Below are positions 47,839 to 57,157 of a stretch of 64,000 bases of DNA, one piece after another. The translations under genes and the position numbers were made by a program. The stretch covers positions 1 through 64,000 of the IMG/VR virus record IMGVR_UViG_3300031957_002411. The stretch is one strand, 5' to 3'. The stretch's first letter is position 1. Every line of letters begins with the position of its first letter. Below the pieces are notes generated by a model. The model saw only the letters and a program-made list of their open reading frames with translations. It had not been told where the DNA came from and ran no database searches. This DNA is from a virus.

Positions 47839-49000
47839 AGTTAAATTTCTTGATTTAGGCAAACAACCTATAGCAAATAGATTTTTAAGTAAAGATGATT
47901 TTGAGAATGAATTTTTCTATAATCTTCAAGTTGGCGTAGACAAAGAAACAATGCTAGTTACACACATGAACTATGTAGATGCACCACTTATGTTCAATGA
48001 CAACTATGCATATAGGGGTTCAATGTCAAAGACTATGGTTAATCATTTTCAGAGTTTTAGTTCATTGATCAGAACATCCTTAAAACCTGAAGCAAAGATT
48101 TTAGAAATAGGTAGCAATGACGGAGTGTTCCTAAAAAATTGGCATACAGATAATACTATTGCTGTAGAGCCTTGTGGTAACTTTGCAAAAGAAACAAATG
48201 ATTTAGGATATAAAACATATGATGAATTTTGGACAGAGGATTTAGCAGAAAGAATAGTAGAAGAACACGGTCAGATGGACTTTATTTTTTCAGCTAATTG
48301 TATGTGTCACATACCAGATTTAGACCAAACTTTTAACGCTATAGTAAAAGTCATGGATCATAATGGTATATTTGTGTTTGAAGACCCATCATTATTACAA
48401 ATGATTTGTTTAAATTCATATGATCAAATATACGATGAACACCCACATGTATTTTCAATAACATCTTTAGATAGAATATTAAGAAAACATGGACTATTTA
48501 TAATTAAAGTAGAAAATACTACAGTGCATGGTGGATCAAATAGAGTATGGGTTCAGAAAAAACATGCAAATAGGGATAGAACAGTAGAAGATAATCTCAA
48601 TGCAGAAAGAGTAATGGGGCTTTGTGATATGTCTACTTATGATAAATTCGCTGAGTCTGTAGACAAGTCAAAAAATGATTTAGTAAATCTGTTGAAAAGA
48701 TGTAAAGCTGATGGTAATAAAGTTATATCATACGGCGCAACTTCAAAATCAACTACTGTATTTAATTACTGCAATATTGGAACTAATCTTATTGACTATA
48801 TTACAGACACTACCCCTGAAAAACAAGGACTTTATTCTCCCGGTATGCACATACCAATTATACCACCGGAGCAGGGAGTTGATAAAACAGTAGACTTTGC
48901 TTATTTAGGTGCTTGGAATTTTGCTCAAGAAATACAAGAAAAAGAAAAGAACTTTCATGGGAAATTTATAACACATGTACCTACAGTAAGGATATTATGA
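47831..49000 (+). CDS. NDP-hexose C-methyltransferase
   Basis: LDLGKQPIAN, LEIGSNDG, YDQIYDEH, HGGS, YGATSK, KQGLYSPG, AWNF. Confidence 0.85.
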   Translation: MDKVKFLDLGKQPIANRFLSKDDFENEFFYNLQVGVDKETMLVTHMNYVDAPLMFNDNYAYRGSMSKTMVNHFQSFSSLIRTSLKPEAKILEIGSNDGVFLKNWHTDNTIAVEPCGNFAKETNDLGYKTYDEFWTEDLAERIVEEHGQMDFIFSANCMCHIPDLDQTFNAIVKVMDHNGIFVFEDPSLLQMICLNSYDQIYDEHPHVFSITSLDRILRKHGLFIIKVENTTVHGGSNRVWVQKKHANRDRTVEDNLNAERVMGLCDMSTYDKFAESVDKSKNDLVNLLKRCKADGNKVISYGATSKSTTVFNYCNIGTNLIDYITDTTPEKQGLYSPGMHIPIIPPEQGVDKTVDFAYLGAWNFAQEIQEKEKNFHGKFITHVPTVRIL

Positions 49001-49398
49001 ATTATCACGAAGACGATAGGGGTCAAAGATTATTTGATCTGTTTCCAGAACTTAATGGTCAAGTAAATATTACCTATGTAAACTCAACAAGCCATGTTGT
49101 AGCTTGGCATAGACACGAAATACAAACTGATTATTGGTTTTGCCCAAAGGGTTCTTTTAAGGTTGGTTTAGGATATGAAAGAGATGATGGTACGGTAGAT
49201 GTAGATGTAGTTTGGCATTATATATCAGACAAGAACCATCGTGTCCTTGAAATACCTCCGGGCGTGTGGCACGGATATAAAGCTTTACAACCAGAATCAA
49301 TTATGTTATACTACCTTACAGAAAAATATAATTTTGCAGATGAAGAAAAAGTTTTACCCGGAGCGTTCCACGAAGATTGGAACACAATAAGTCAATGA
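48997..49398 (+). CDS. RmlC-like cupin (NDP-sugar 3,5-epimerase family)
   Basis: HEDDRG, AWHRH..Q, IPPGVWHGY. Confidence 0.75.
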   Translation: MNYHEDDRGQRLFDLFPELNGQVNITYVNSTSHVVAWHRHEIQTDYWFCPKGSFKVGLGYERDDGTVDVDVVWHYISDKNHRVLEIPPGVWHGYKALQPESIMLYYLTEKYNFADEEKVLPGAFHEDWNTISQ

Positions 49399-49847
49399 AG
49401 ACTAAATATGGACTACCAACAGTTCAAGATATAAAGATTATTAGCTTTCCACTCAATATTACTACGTTGGGTAACGGTCAAAATGCTGGTCATCTAGTGG
49501 CAATTAATATGCCTGAATTGCCTTTTATTCCTAAAAGGATGTTTCATGTGTCAAATGTTCAGCATAGATTTGATCGAGGTAGACATGCACATTATGATAC
49601 TACTCAATTGATAACGTGTGTAAGCGGTAGCGTTAAGCTAACTTTGAAAGATGGAATAGGTGGCGTTGTGTCTTTCAATCTATCACAACCTCAAACTGCC
49701 ATCCTTGTACCTAGAATGATATGGGATGAAGTGAATTACGCTGACTCTCAATCTACTTTATTGGTTTTTAGTGACACAGAGTACGATCCAGAAGATTACA
49801 TTATCAGTTGGGATAAATATATAAATGAATATAATAAAACCTCATGA
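49395..49847 (+). CDS. FdtA/QdtA/WxcM-like sugar 3,4-ketoisomerase
   Basis: PF.PKRMF, RGRHAH, VSGS, LLVFSDTEYDPEDYI. Confidence 0.78.
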   Translation: MKTKYGLPTVQDIKIISFPLNITTLGNGQNAGHLVAINMPELPFIPKRMFHVSNVQHRFDRGRHAHYDTTQLITCVSGSVKLTLKDGIGGVVSFNLSQPQTAILVPRMIWDEVNYADSQSTLLVFSDTEYDPEDYIISWDKYINEYNKTS

Positions 49848-50472
49848 AAACTTTGATGCTTGGTATATTGACAATTTTGTACCATCAAGCGGATTAGTTA
49901 GAGCAGCAGCAGAAAGTTTTGATAGACTAGCACCTGAGTGGTGGGTCTCATATGGCGATGAAGGACAGATAGGTAAATGTTCTCCCGCATCTATACAGTC
50001 AATTACGCATGAGTGCTTAGTGGTAATGGACTACATAGCGACACATTTTGACACCACTGCGATAAATAAGAAAGACAAAACTTTCCCAGATTTAACTGGT
50101 TACGGTGGTGGTATGATGGTGACACCAAATAAAAATGGTGAAGGAGGGTTTCTTGGTATGCACATAGATGCTCAAACTCACAAGCTTCACACAAACTGGA
50201 AGAGAGAATACAGTGTAGTTCTTGGTTTATCAGAAGACTATGATTCTTCGTTCGATCTAAGATTGCACAATGGAGAGCAACATTGCAGATTACCTTACAA
50301 ATTCAATAGACTAAATATATTTAAGTTTCATGAAAACTCTTGGCATGGATTTCCAGAGATTACAAAAGGTAAAGACAGGAAAACTATTGGCCTAATGTAT
50401 TGGTCTATAACAGATGAGGAAATGTCTTTTACTAAAGCTAGATTTAATAGGGAACTAAATTTTAATGAATGA
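49825..50472 (+). CDS. 2OG-Fe(II) oxygenase
   Basis: GGG, GFLGMHID, FNRL, SWHG, RK. Confidence 0.72.
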   Translation: MNIIKPHENFDAWYIDNFVPSSGLVRAAAESFDRLAPEWWVSYGDEGQIGKCSPASIQSITHECLVVMDYIATHFDTTAINKKDKTFPDLTGYGGGMMVTPNKNGEGGFLGMHIDAQTHKLHTNWKREYSVVLGLSEDYDSSFDLRLHNGEQHCRLPYKFNRLNIFKFHENSWHGFPEITKGKDRKTIGLMYWSITDEEMSFTKARFNRELNFNE

Positions 50473-51454
50473 TGTTTGCTTACTAGTCACAGTTAGGACA
50501 AGAAGAGATAATATACCAAAACTATGTGGTTACTACAAAGACTTTCCTTGTAGAAAAATATTATCAGATAATTACGACACACCATATGAAGATATCGAAC
50601 TAATTAAAGAGTGTGGATTTGAGTATATACATAGTGATCCTAGCAAATGGTGGTGGGATATCCTAGCAGATATTTCTTTAAGTATTGAACAAAAGTACAT
50701 GATACAAGTAGCAGACGATGATAGAATATTAAAATCAGGTCTGATAAAAAGTTTAGATTTGTTAAGACAAAATGAAGATATGGTCACATGCGATGGTGGT
50801 CAACTAGGATTTAATGTGGCACATAATCCAGATATTTCAAGAGTTACTGTAAAAAACTTAGGAAGTGGTTCGTATTACAAACAAAATACAATGAACCCTG
50901 ATTCGCGGCAACGATTAATAAATTTTTATTTTCATAATTACTATGATATCATACATTCAGTTCATAAAACTGAAGTACATGCTAGAGTATATGATTTCTT
51001 AAGAAGTAGTGGCGCAAGGAAATCCCTAAACGCAGAGGGGAATTTTTTCACAATTATGGCTCTAGATGCAGGCAAAAAGGGTTCTGTTGCTCCATATGCA
51101 ATGTTAGTTAGAAATACAAACACAAAAGACAGAGAAATAGAAATGGGTCATGAAAGGAAGTTGTATGAATTACTTGGTTGGAATTTAGATTCAGAATTTA
51201 CTGAGAAAAAACAAAATTTGGTAGAATTATCTGAAATTGTTCTAAAAGATACTTTACTTTTAGATAAAGATCAAAATACTGTAGATAAAATTGATTTTCT
51301 ACATGGACTGACAACTGCCTATATTAAATTCTGGAGAAGAGATATACATAGTAAGAGATTTACTCCGTGTCCTGATAGACGTTTAGATTTCAACGAATAT
51401 ATGCACGAAAGTCAAGTTACAGAAATATCTAACTGTATAAGGAATATGAAGTGA
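50465..51454 (+). CDS. TIGR00180-like GT-A glycosyltransferase
   Basis: VTVRTR, LSD, VADDD, HSVHKT. Confidence 0.6.
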   Translation: MNDVCLLVTVRTRRDNIPKLCGYYKDFPCRKILSDNYDTPYEDIELIKECGFEYIHSDPSKWWWDILADISLSIEQKYMIQVADDDRILKSGLIKSLDLLRQNEDMVTCDGGQLGFNVAHNPDISRVTVKNLGSGSYYKQNTMNPDSRQRLINFYFHNYYDIIHSVHKTEVHARVYDFLRSSGARKSLNAEGNFFTIMALDAGKKGSVAPYAMLVRNTNTKDREIEMGHERKLYELLGWNLDSEFTEKKQNLVELSEIVLKDTLLLDKDQNTVDKIDFLHGLTTAYIKFWRRDIHSKRFTPCPDRRLDFNEYMHESQVTEISNCIRNMK

Positions 51455-52155
51455 GATTACTAGTATCTGGTGGGAATGGCAAATTTTGCAATAAACTTAT
51501 ACAAAAAAATAAAGATCATGAAATATTTGCGCCTGATAGATATGACATGGATATTACTAATATTAATTCTGTAAAAAGCAATATTAGTAAATTCAAACCA
51601 GATATATTTTTACACGCAGCAGCACTGACTAGACCAATGGTTAACCATGTAGACAGGCCACACATAAGTATAAAAACTAATATTATTGGTACTGGAAATG
51701 TCTGTTTAGCTTGCATGGAAAGTAATCTAAAACTAGTCTATATTTCTACTGATTATGTATATCCCGGCACGAAAGGTGATTATAGAGAAGATGATCCCCT
51801 TTTACCAGTAAATGAGTACGCTTGGTCTAAATTGGGTGGAGAATGTGCTGTGCATTTATACAAAAATTCACTTATAATTAGGACTTGTATGACAGAAAAA
51901 CCCTTTGTGCATACCCACGCATTAGTAGATTGTAAAAAAAGCATGATTTATATTGACGATGCAGCAGAAATATGCTTGAAAATTTTAGGCCAAACGGGTA
52001 TCATTAATTTAGGCGGGTCTCCTACTTCTCCTTACGAATTTGTAAAAAAAGATAATAAAGACATAGGGAAGATATATATGGAAGACGTATCAGATGTTGA
52101 TATGGCTGAAGATAGTACGATGAATATAGACAAGCTAAAAAAGGCATTGACATGA
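51451..52155 (+). CDS. rmlD: dTDP-4-dehydrorhamnose reductase-like
   Basis: GGNGKF, HAAA, YISTDYVY, NEYAWSKLGGE, IIRT. Confidence 0.8.
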   Translation: MRLLVSGGNGKFCNKLIQKNKDHEIFAPDRYDMDITNINSVKSNISKFKPDIFLHAAALTRPMVNHVDRPHISIKTNIIGTGNVCLACMESNLKLVYISTDYVYPGTKGDYREDDPLLPVNEYAWSKLGGECAVHLYKNSLIIRTCMTEKPFVHTHALVDCKKSMIYIDDAAEICLKILGQTGIINLGGSPTSPYEFVKKDNKDIGKIYMEDVSDVDMAEDSTMNIDKLKKALT

Positions 52156-52757
52156 AAAAATTAAATTTAGGATGTGCATGTCGATTTTTAGAAGGATATA
52201 TCAATATAGATATGGATTCTATTGAGGACATAAAGCACAGATATCCAAACGTAAATATAAATGATAACATAGAATTTATTCAAGCAAATGTATTAGAATT
52301 GCCATTCGACGATGAATCAATTGATGAGGTTAGGTGTGACGCATTAGTAGAACATTTTTCATTCAAAGAAGAATCATTGTTTTTTAATGAAGTCAATAGA
52401 GTTTTAAAATCAGGGGGTAATTTTAATTTCTCTACTCCCGATTTTGATGAGACAATTAGAAAATGGACACAGGCTAAAGATGATTGGAAAGAATTTTTTA
52501 GAAACGATGAAGAGGCTATCAGGAATGAACATTGGTTTGGCAATAATTCCTATTCTACAGAAAATAAGTGGGGCTATTTAACAGCTTGCATCTTTGGCAC
52601 ACAAAATGGAGTGGGACAATTCCACAAGAACGCATATACTGAAGATAAAATTATAGCTATTTGCAAAGCAATGGATTTTACTCCACCAAAAATTACCCGA
52701 TTTATATGGAAAAAAGATAGAGATATAATGCTTCAAGCAGAGACCTTTAAGAAATGA
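52152..52757 (+). CDS. class I SAM methyltransferase
   Basis: KLNLGC, GYINID, LPFDDESID, VEH, RVLKSGG, TPD. Confidence 0.8.
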   Translation: MKKLNLGCACRFLEGYINIDMDSIEDIKHRYPNVNINDNIEFIQANVLELPFDDESIDEVRCDALVEHFSFKEESLFFNEVNRVLKSGGNFNFSTPDFDETIRKWTQAKDDWKEFFRNDEEAIRNEHWFGNNSYSTENKWGYLTACIFGTQNGVGQFHKNAYTEDKIIAICKAMDFTPPKITRFIWKKDRDIMLQAETFKK

Positions 52758-53761
52758 ATTTAGAAGATTGCTTATGTGTTCTTATACCACTTAAAGGTAG
52801 GGAAATAGAAACGCACAGAATAATAAAGTACTTTCAAAAGGTAAAGCTACCTTTTAAAATCCTATTTGCTGATGGTGGCGATAGGGACTTATCTTACGAT
52901 ATAGACAGAACTAATCTAGATATAGAATATTTTTACAATGGTCCAGATAGAACCATACATGATTTCATGCGCAAGATGCGTATAGCGTTTGATAAAATTG
53001 AACAACCGCTTACAATAATGGTAGATAATGATGATTTTATTTCCGTGTCTGGAATGATAGATGCAATTAAATATCTAGAAAAACATGATGAATTTTCTAG
53101 TTATAGAGAGAATGTTTTTTCCTGTAACAGTTTTGTGCCATTGTATGAATCAACATCTATTGATGATGACGATTTATTTTCCAGAATTTTTTCCGCTATG
53201 AATAATAGAACTGTATCATGGCATGATGTAACAAGAACCCACTACAATAAAATATTGTTTAGAATATTAGATCAATGCAATGTCAACGATCTACAGATGA
53301 CTTTTTCTTCTCATATGTTTTGGTCTGAAATTTATGGAAAGTCTTACAAAGGCTTTGATAAAAACTACTACTACCATGTTCTTAGTAATAGCTTAGTGCA
53401 AAACAGAGGAATATTCACTAAATACAACCAATGGATGTTTGACAAAAAATTTGAAAACTCTTTTTCTATTATATTAAGCGCTGCATCTCAAGCTATAGCT
53501 ACGGTTCATGACGCAACCATTCTCGAAATAAAGGATAGACTTGGTGGATTTTATCTAATAGATTTAGCGAAAAGGAACAACATTTCAATTTCAGAACTTA
53601 ATCTCATGAAATATATTAATCAATCCAATAAATACGATGATATTTGTAAGAGGTTGGTAAAACCAGTTCATGATGCGCCCCTATCTTTTAAAATAACTAA
53701 TAATTATACTAATGAAATTACGCCACATGAAGAACTTAGCATAGTAAGGGCATTAATATGA
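52754..53761 (+). CDS. TIGR00180-like GT-A glycosyltransferase
   Basis: LIPLKGR, FADG, VDNDDF. Confidence 0.6.
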   Translation: MNLEDCLCVLIPLKGREIETHRIIKYFQKVKLPFKILFADGGDRDLSYDIDRTNLDIEYFYNGPDRTIHDFMRKMRIAFDKIEQPLTIMVDNDDFISVSGMIDAIKYLEKHDEFSSYRENVFSCNSFVPLYESTSIDDDDLFSRIFSAMNNRTVSWHDVTRTHYNKILFRILDQCNVNDLQMTFSSHMFWSEIYGKSYKGFDKNYYYHVLSNSLVQNRGIFTKYNQWMFDKKFENSFSIILSAASQAIATVHDATILEIKDRLGGFYLIDLAKRNNISISELNLMKYINQSNKYDDICKRLVKPVHDAPLSFKITNNYTNEITPHEELSIVRALI

Positions 53762-54519
53762 AACAAGTTATTAATTGGATGCCAGAATCTGATCCATACA
53801 CAAAAAAGGGCGAAATTGAAGTTCACTCTATTATACATGATATCATGTCAAAAGATGGTCATCATAAATTTAAAAGTAAACAAAATAGAATAAACATATT
53901 AGAACAAGCAGAGAAAGTGATAGATAAACGTATATCTGGTAACGTTTTGGATATAGGATGTGGTAATGGATATGCGTCTATATTCCTAGCTAAAAATAGA
54001 CCAATAGACGTTGTACACAGCATGGAATGTAACATGCCTGCAATTGACGGTCTAGTAAGAAACCATTTTATTCAAGCGGGGATAGATGATAACAAATACG
54101 ATCTAGTCTTGGGCAGCTTTAACAATATTAAGATGAAGCAATTTTATAATTATGTAGTATCTTTAGGCGCTTTGCATCATTCATCAAACTTACTTAAAAC
54201 TGTATCTGAAATTTACTCGTCATTGCAATGTGGTGGATACTTGATAGCCCACGAACCATACATGAGTAGTTTTACTCCAAATAAAAAGTATTTACAAAAA
54301 GATAGCACTTCAAAAAAAGTACAAGGATTAGTGGATTGGAAAGAGTCTAACAGAGATGACCACTTCTTTAGAGAATGCGAATGGCTTACAGCGTTTCATC
54401 ACGCAGGATTTAATATTGTTTGTTTTGAGCGCGAGAGTAAAGATGATGATATACTAAATGCAATCATAGTATTACAAAAACCACACAAAGAGCTAGAATA
54501 CATCCCACATAAATGGTAA
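53758..54519 (+). CDS. class I SAM methyltransferase
   Basis: VLDIGCGNG, ALHH, L..GG...AHEP. Confidence 0.8.
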   Translation: MKQVINWMPESDPYTKKGEIEVHSIIHDIMSKDGHHKFKSKQNRINILEQAEKVIDKRISGNVLDIGCGNGYASIFLAKNRPIDVVHSMECNMPAIDGLVRNHFIQAGIDDNKYDLVLGSFNNIKMKQFYNYVVSLGALHHSSNLLKTVSEIYSSLQCGGYLIAHEPYMSSFTPNKKYLQKDSTSKKVQGLVDWKESNRDDHFFRECEWLTAFHHAGFNIVCFERESKDDDILNAIIVLQKPHKELEYIPHKW

Positions 54520-54529
54520 GGAGACAATA

Positions 54530-55237
54530 ATGAAAGGCATAATATTAGCTGGTGGAACAGGTAGCCGTTTGTACCCACTAACAAAAGTGACTAATAAACA
54601 CCTTTTGCCCATAGGATCATTCCCTATGATTCATTATCCCATAATTAGCATGACAAATGCAGGAATTAAAGATATTATGATTATCAGTGGAACTGGTCAT
54701 GTTGGCAATATGATTAATTTTTTAGGAAGTGGAAGTGGATACGACTGTGATTTTACTTTTAAGGTGCAAGATAGACCAGATGGAATAGCTGGTGCATTAA
54801 AGCTTTGCAAAAATTTTGTTGGGAACGATAGTTGTCTTGTCATACTTGGTGACAATATTTTTGAAAGAGATCTATCTAAGGATGTAAAAGAGTTTAAATC
54901 TGACATGAAATTATTTTTCAAACAAGTACCAGATCCAGAAAGATTTGGCGTAGCAGTTTTGAACAAAGAAGACAAATTAGTTAAGATTGAAGAAAAGCCT
55001 AAAAAACCAAAAAGTAATCTTGCATGTATGGGCGTATACATGTATAATAGTATGGTGTTTGATTGTCTAAATAAAATTAAAAAATCACCTAGAGGTGAAT
55101 ATGAAATTACAACAGTTAATAATTGTATGTTGAGAAAATACGAATCAGAATTTAGTATTATAGATGGTTTTTGCGTGGATGCAGGAACTATGGAGTCTTA
55201 TCACGGAACAAGCAGGTTAATGTATGAGCAAGAATAA
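54530..55237 (+). CDS. rmlA: glucose-1-phosphate thymidylyltransferase
   Basis: GIILAGGTGSRLYPLT..NKHLLP, LGDN, EEKP, SPRGEYEIT, DAGT. Confidence 0.92.
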   Translation: MKGIILAGGTGSRLYPLTKVTNKHLLPIGSFPMIHYPIISMTNAGIKDIMIISGTGHVGNMINFLGSGSGYDCDFTFKVQDRPDGIAGALKLCKNFVGNDSCLVILGDNIFERDLSKDVKEFKSDMKLFFKQVPDPERFGVAVLNKEDKLVKIEEKPKKPKSNLACMGVYMYNSMVFDCLNKIKKSPRGEYEITTVNNCMLRKYESEFSIIDGFCVDAGTMESYHGTSRLMYEQE

Positions 55238-56180
55238 TGTACTGATAACGGGCTGTGCTGGTTTTATAGGTAGTCACTATCTAGACCTACTATTACAGAA
55301 CGGTCACAAAGTTATAGGCGTGGACAGCATGACCTATGCCAGTAAACTTTCTAACTTTGAACATCACATGACTGATAAAAACTTTGAATTTCACAAAGCA
55401 GATATTTGTAGAACAATGTTCATGATTGCTTTATGTGAAATACATGAGATTGATTATATAATAAATTTTGCCGCTGAAACACATGTGGATAATTCCATAT
55501 TAGGTGGTGATTGTTTTATTAACTCCAATGTCTCAGGCGTTAAATCCTTGATGGAAGTTTGCAAACGATTAGAGATTCCCATATGTCACATATCTACAGA
55601 TGAAGTATACGGACCAATAAAACAAGGATCGTTTAGTGAATATGCTAATTTATCTCCAAAAAATTATTATTCAGCTACCAAAGCTGCTGCTGAACATATA
55701 GTGTCTGCTTATGCAAACACATTTAAAGTGCCTTACACTATGGTAAGAATGAGCAATAATTACGGCCCAAGACAACATGACGAAAAGTTTTTGCCAACAA
55801 TACTAAGATCTATAAAGCAAGGCACTAAGATACCATTATATGGAGATGGAAAACAAGTAAGAGATTGGATTTTCGTAAAAGATTCTGTGAATATAATATA
55901 CAAAATATTAGAAGAGTATGACAGATTTGAAGAAATACCATTTAGTAATCAGGTTTATAATGTAAGTTTACGTGATGAAAAACAAAACAAAGATGTCATA
56001 CAAAGTGTTCTTTCACTTATGAATCTAGAGTGGGACGATCATGTGCGATACGTGGAAGATAGACTTGGACATGATGTGCGATACAGTATTCACAATGAGA
56101 AGATAGGTGATATAATTGAAAGCATTGATACTACTAGTTTTGAAAATGGACTAAGAAGGACAATCCAATACTATGAATAA
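55224..56180 (+). CDS. rmlB: dTDP-glucose 4,6-dehydratase
   Basis: GCAGFIG, FAAETHVDNS, STDEVYG, YSATK, NNYGP.Q, RDW, DRLGHD.RY. Confidence 0.92.
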   Translation: MSKNNVLITGCAGFIGSHYLDLLLQNGHKVIGVDSMTYASKLSNFEHHMTDKNFEFHKADICRTMFMIALCEIHEIDYIINFAAETHVDNSILGGDCFINSNVSGVKSLMEVCKRLEIPICHISTDEVYGPIKQGSFSEYANLSPKNYYSATKAAAEHIVSAYANTFKVPYTMVRMSNNYGPRQHDEKFLPTILRSIKQGTKIPLYGDGKQVRDWIFVKDSVNIIYKILEEYDRFEEIPFSNQVYNVSLRDEKQNKDVIQSVLSLMNLEWDDHVRYVEDRLGHDVRYSIHNEKIGDIIESIDTTSFENGLRRTIQYYE

Positions 56181-56856
56181 ATTAGCAGTTATTCCCGCTA
56201 GAGCAGGATCTACTAGACTTAAAAATAAGAATACTTACCCACTGTTGGGCGAACCTCTGATAAGGTGGGTGACAAAATCAGTAATTTGTTCTAAACGTTT
56301 TGATAAAGTCTTAATATCTACAGATAGTGATGAAATATTCAATTGTGTAGAAGATTTAGAAGTAGAAAGACATGAAAGACCTGAAGAACATGCAACAACA
56401 AAATCAACAGTCTTAGACGCGATGATAGATTTAATGGAAAACTACGAAACGCATGATGTATTTTCTTACTTTTTACCAACGTGTCCATTTATCACTTCTG
56501 AACAGGTGGCTTCTGGCGTTGACATGTTAGAAAAATATAGGTGCGATTCAGTTATTAGTATGACAGAAATGCAAGACACTGTACAATTAGCCTGCCTAAT
56601 GAGTCAAGATAGGGTGCTTCCAGTTTTTGACAATCTTGAAGCTGGTCTTACTAACAGTAAATTTATTAAAAAATACTACAAACCTTCAGGCGCATTTTAC
56701 ATGGGATTCTGGGACTCAATACTAAAATATAGAAACTTTTTTGTAGGAGATACAAGAGGTGTACTTATACCAACAGATAATTCAGTTGATATAAATAATA
56801 TTGAAGACATACATTACGCTGAAACGATAGGAGCAAAGAATGGTTATTTATGTTGA
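56173..56856 (+). CDS. acylneuraminate/ulosonate cytidylyltransferase
   Basis: IPARAGSTRLKNKN, ISTD, PTCP, GAFY, SVDIN. Confidence 0.88.
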   Translation: MNKLAVIPARAGSTRLKNKNTYPLLGEPLIRWVTKSVICSKRFDKVLISTDSDEIFNCVEDLEVERHERPEEHATTKSTVLDAMIDLMENYETHDVFSYFLPTCPFITSEQVASGVDMLEKYRCDSVISMTEMQDTVQLACLMSQDRVLPVFDNLEAGLTNSKFIKKYYKPSGAFYMGFWDSILKYRNFFVGDTRGVLIPTDNSVDINNIEDIHYAETIGAKNGYLC

Positions 56857-57145
56857 TATAGATAATACGATTTGTAAAACTAATAGTTCTGCTGAGTATG
56901 ATAAAGCAGTGCCAATTAATTCAAGAATTGAAAAAATCAACAAGCTTTATGACGCTGGACACACTATAATATATTGGACAGCTAGAGGAACTAAAACAGG
57001 AAAGAATTGGAAAGACTTAACAGTGAGACAATTTAGAGAATGGGGCGTAAGGTGTCACGAATTACATTTTAAAAAGCCAGTGTACGATCTGTTTATTGAT
57101 GATAAAAATATAGAGTCTAATACTTATTTTGAAGACGTAGATTGA
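56840..57145 (+). CDS. small HAD phosphatase
   Basis: YVDIDNTI, WTARG, KP..DLFIDDK. Confidence 0.8.
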   Translation: MVIYVDIDNTICKTNSSAEYDKAVPINSRIEKINKLYDAGHTIIYWTARGTKTGKNWKDLTVRQFREWGVRCHELHFKKPVYDLFIDDKNIESNTYFEDVD

Positions 57146-57157
57146 TAGGAGAAAACA

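Noticed and set aside
56041-56094. Direct repeat ATGTGCGATAC in rmlB
   Set aside because: Encodes VRY twice within a conserved protein region; no evidence of separate function
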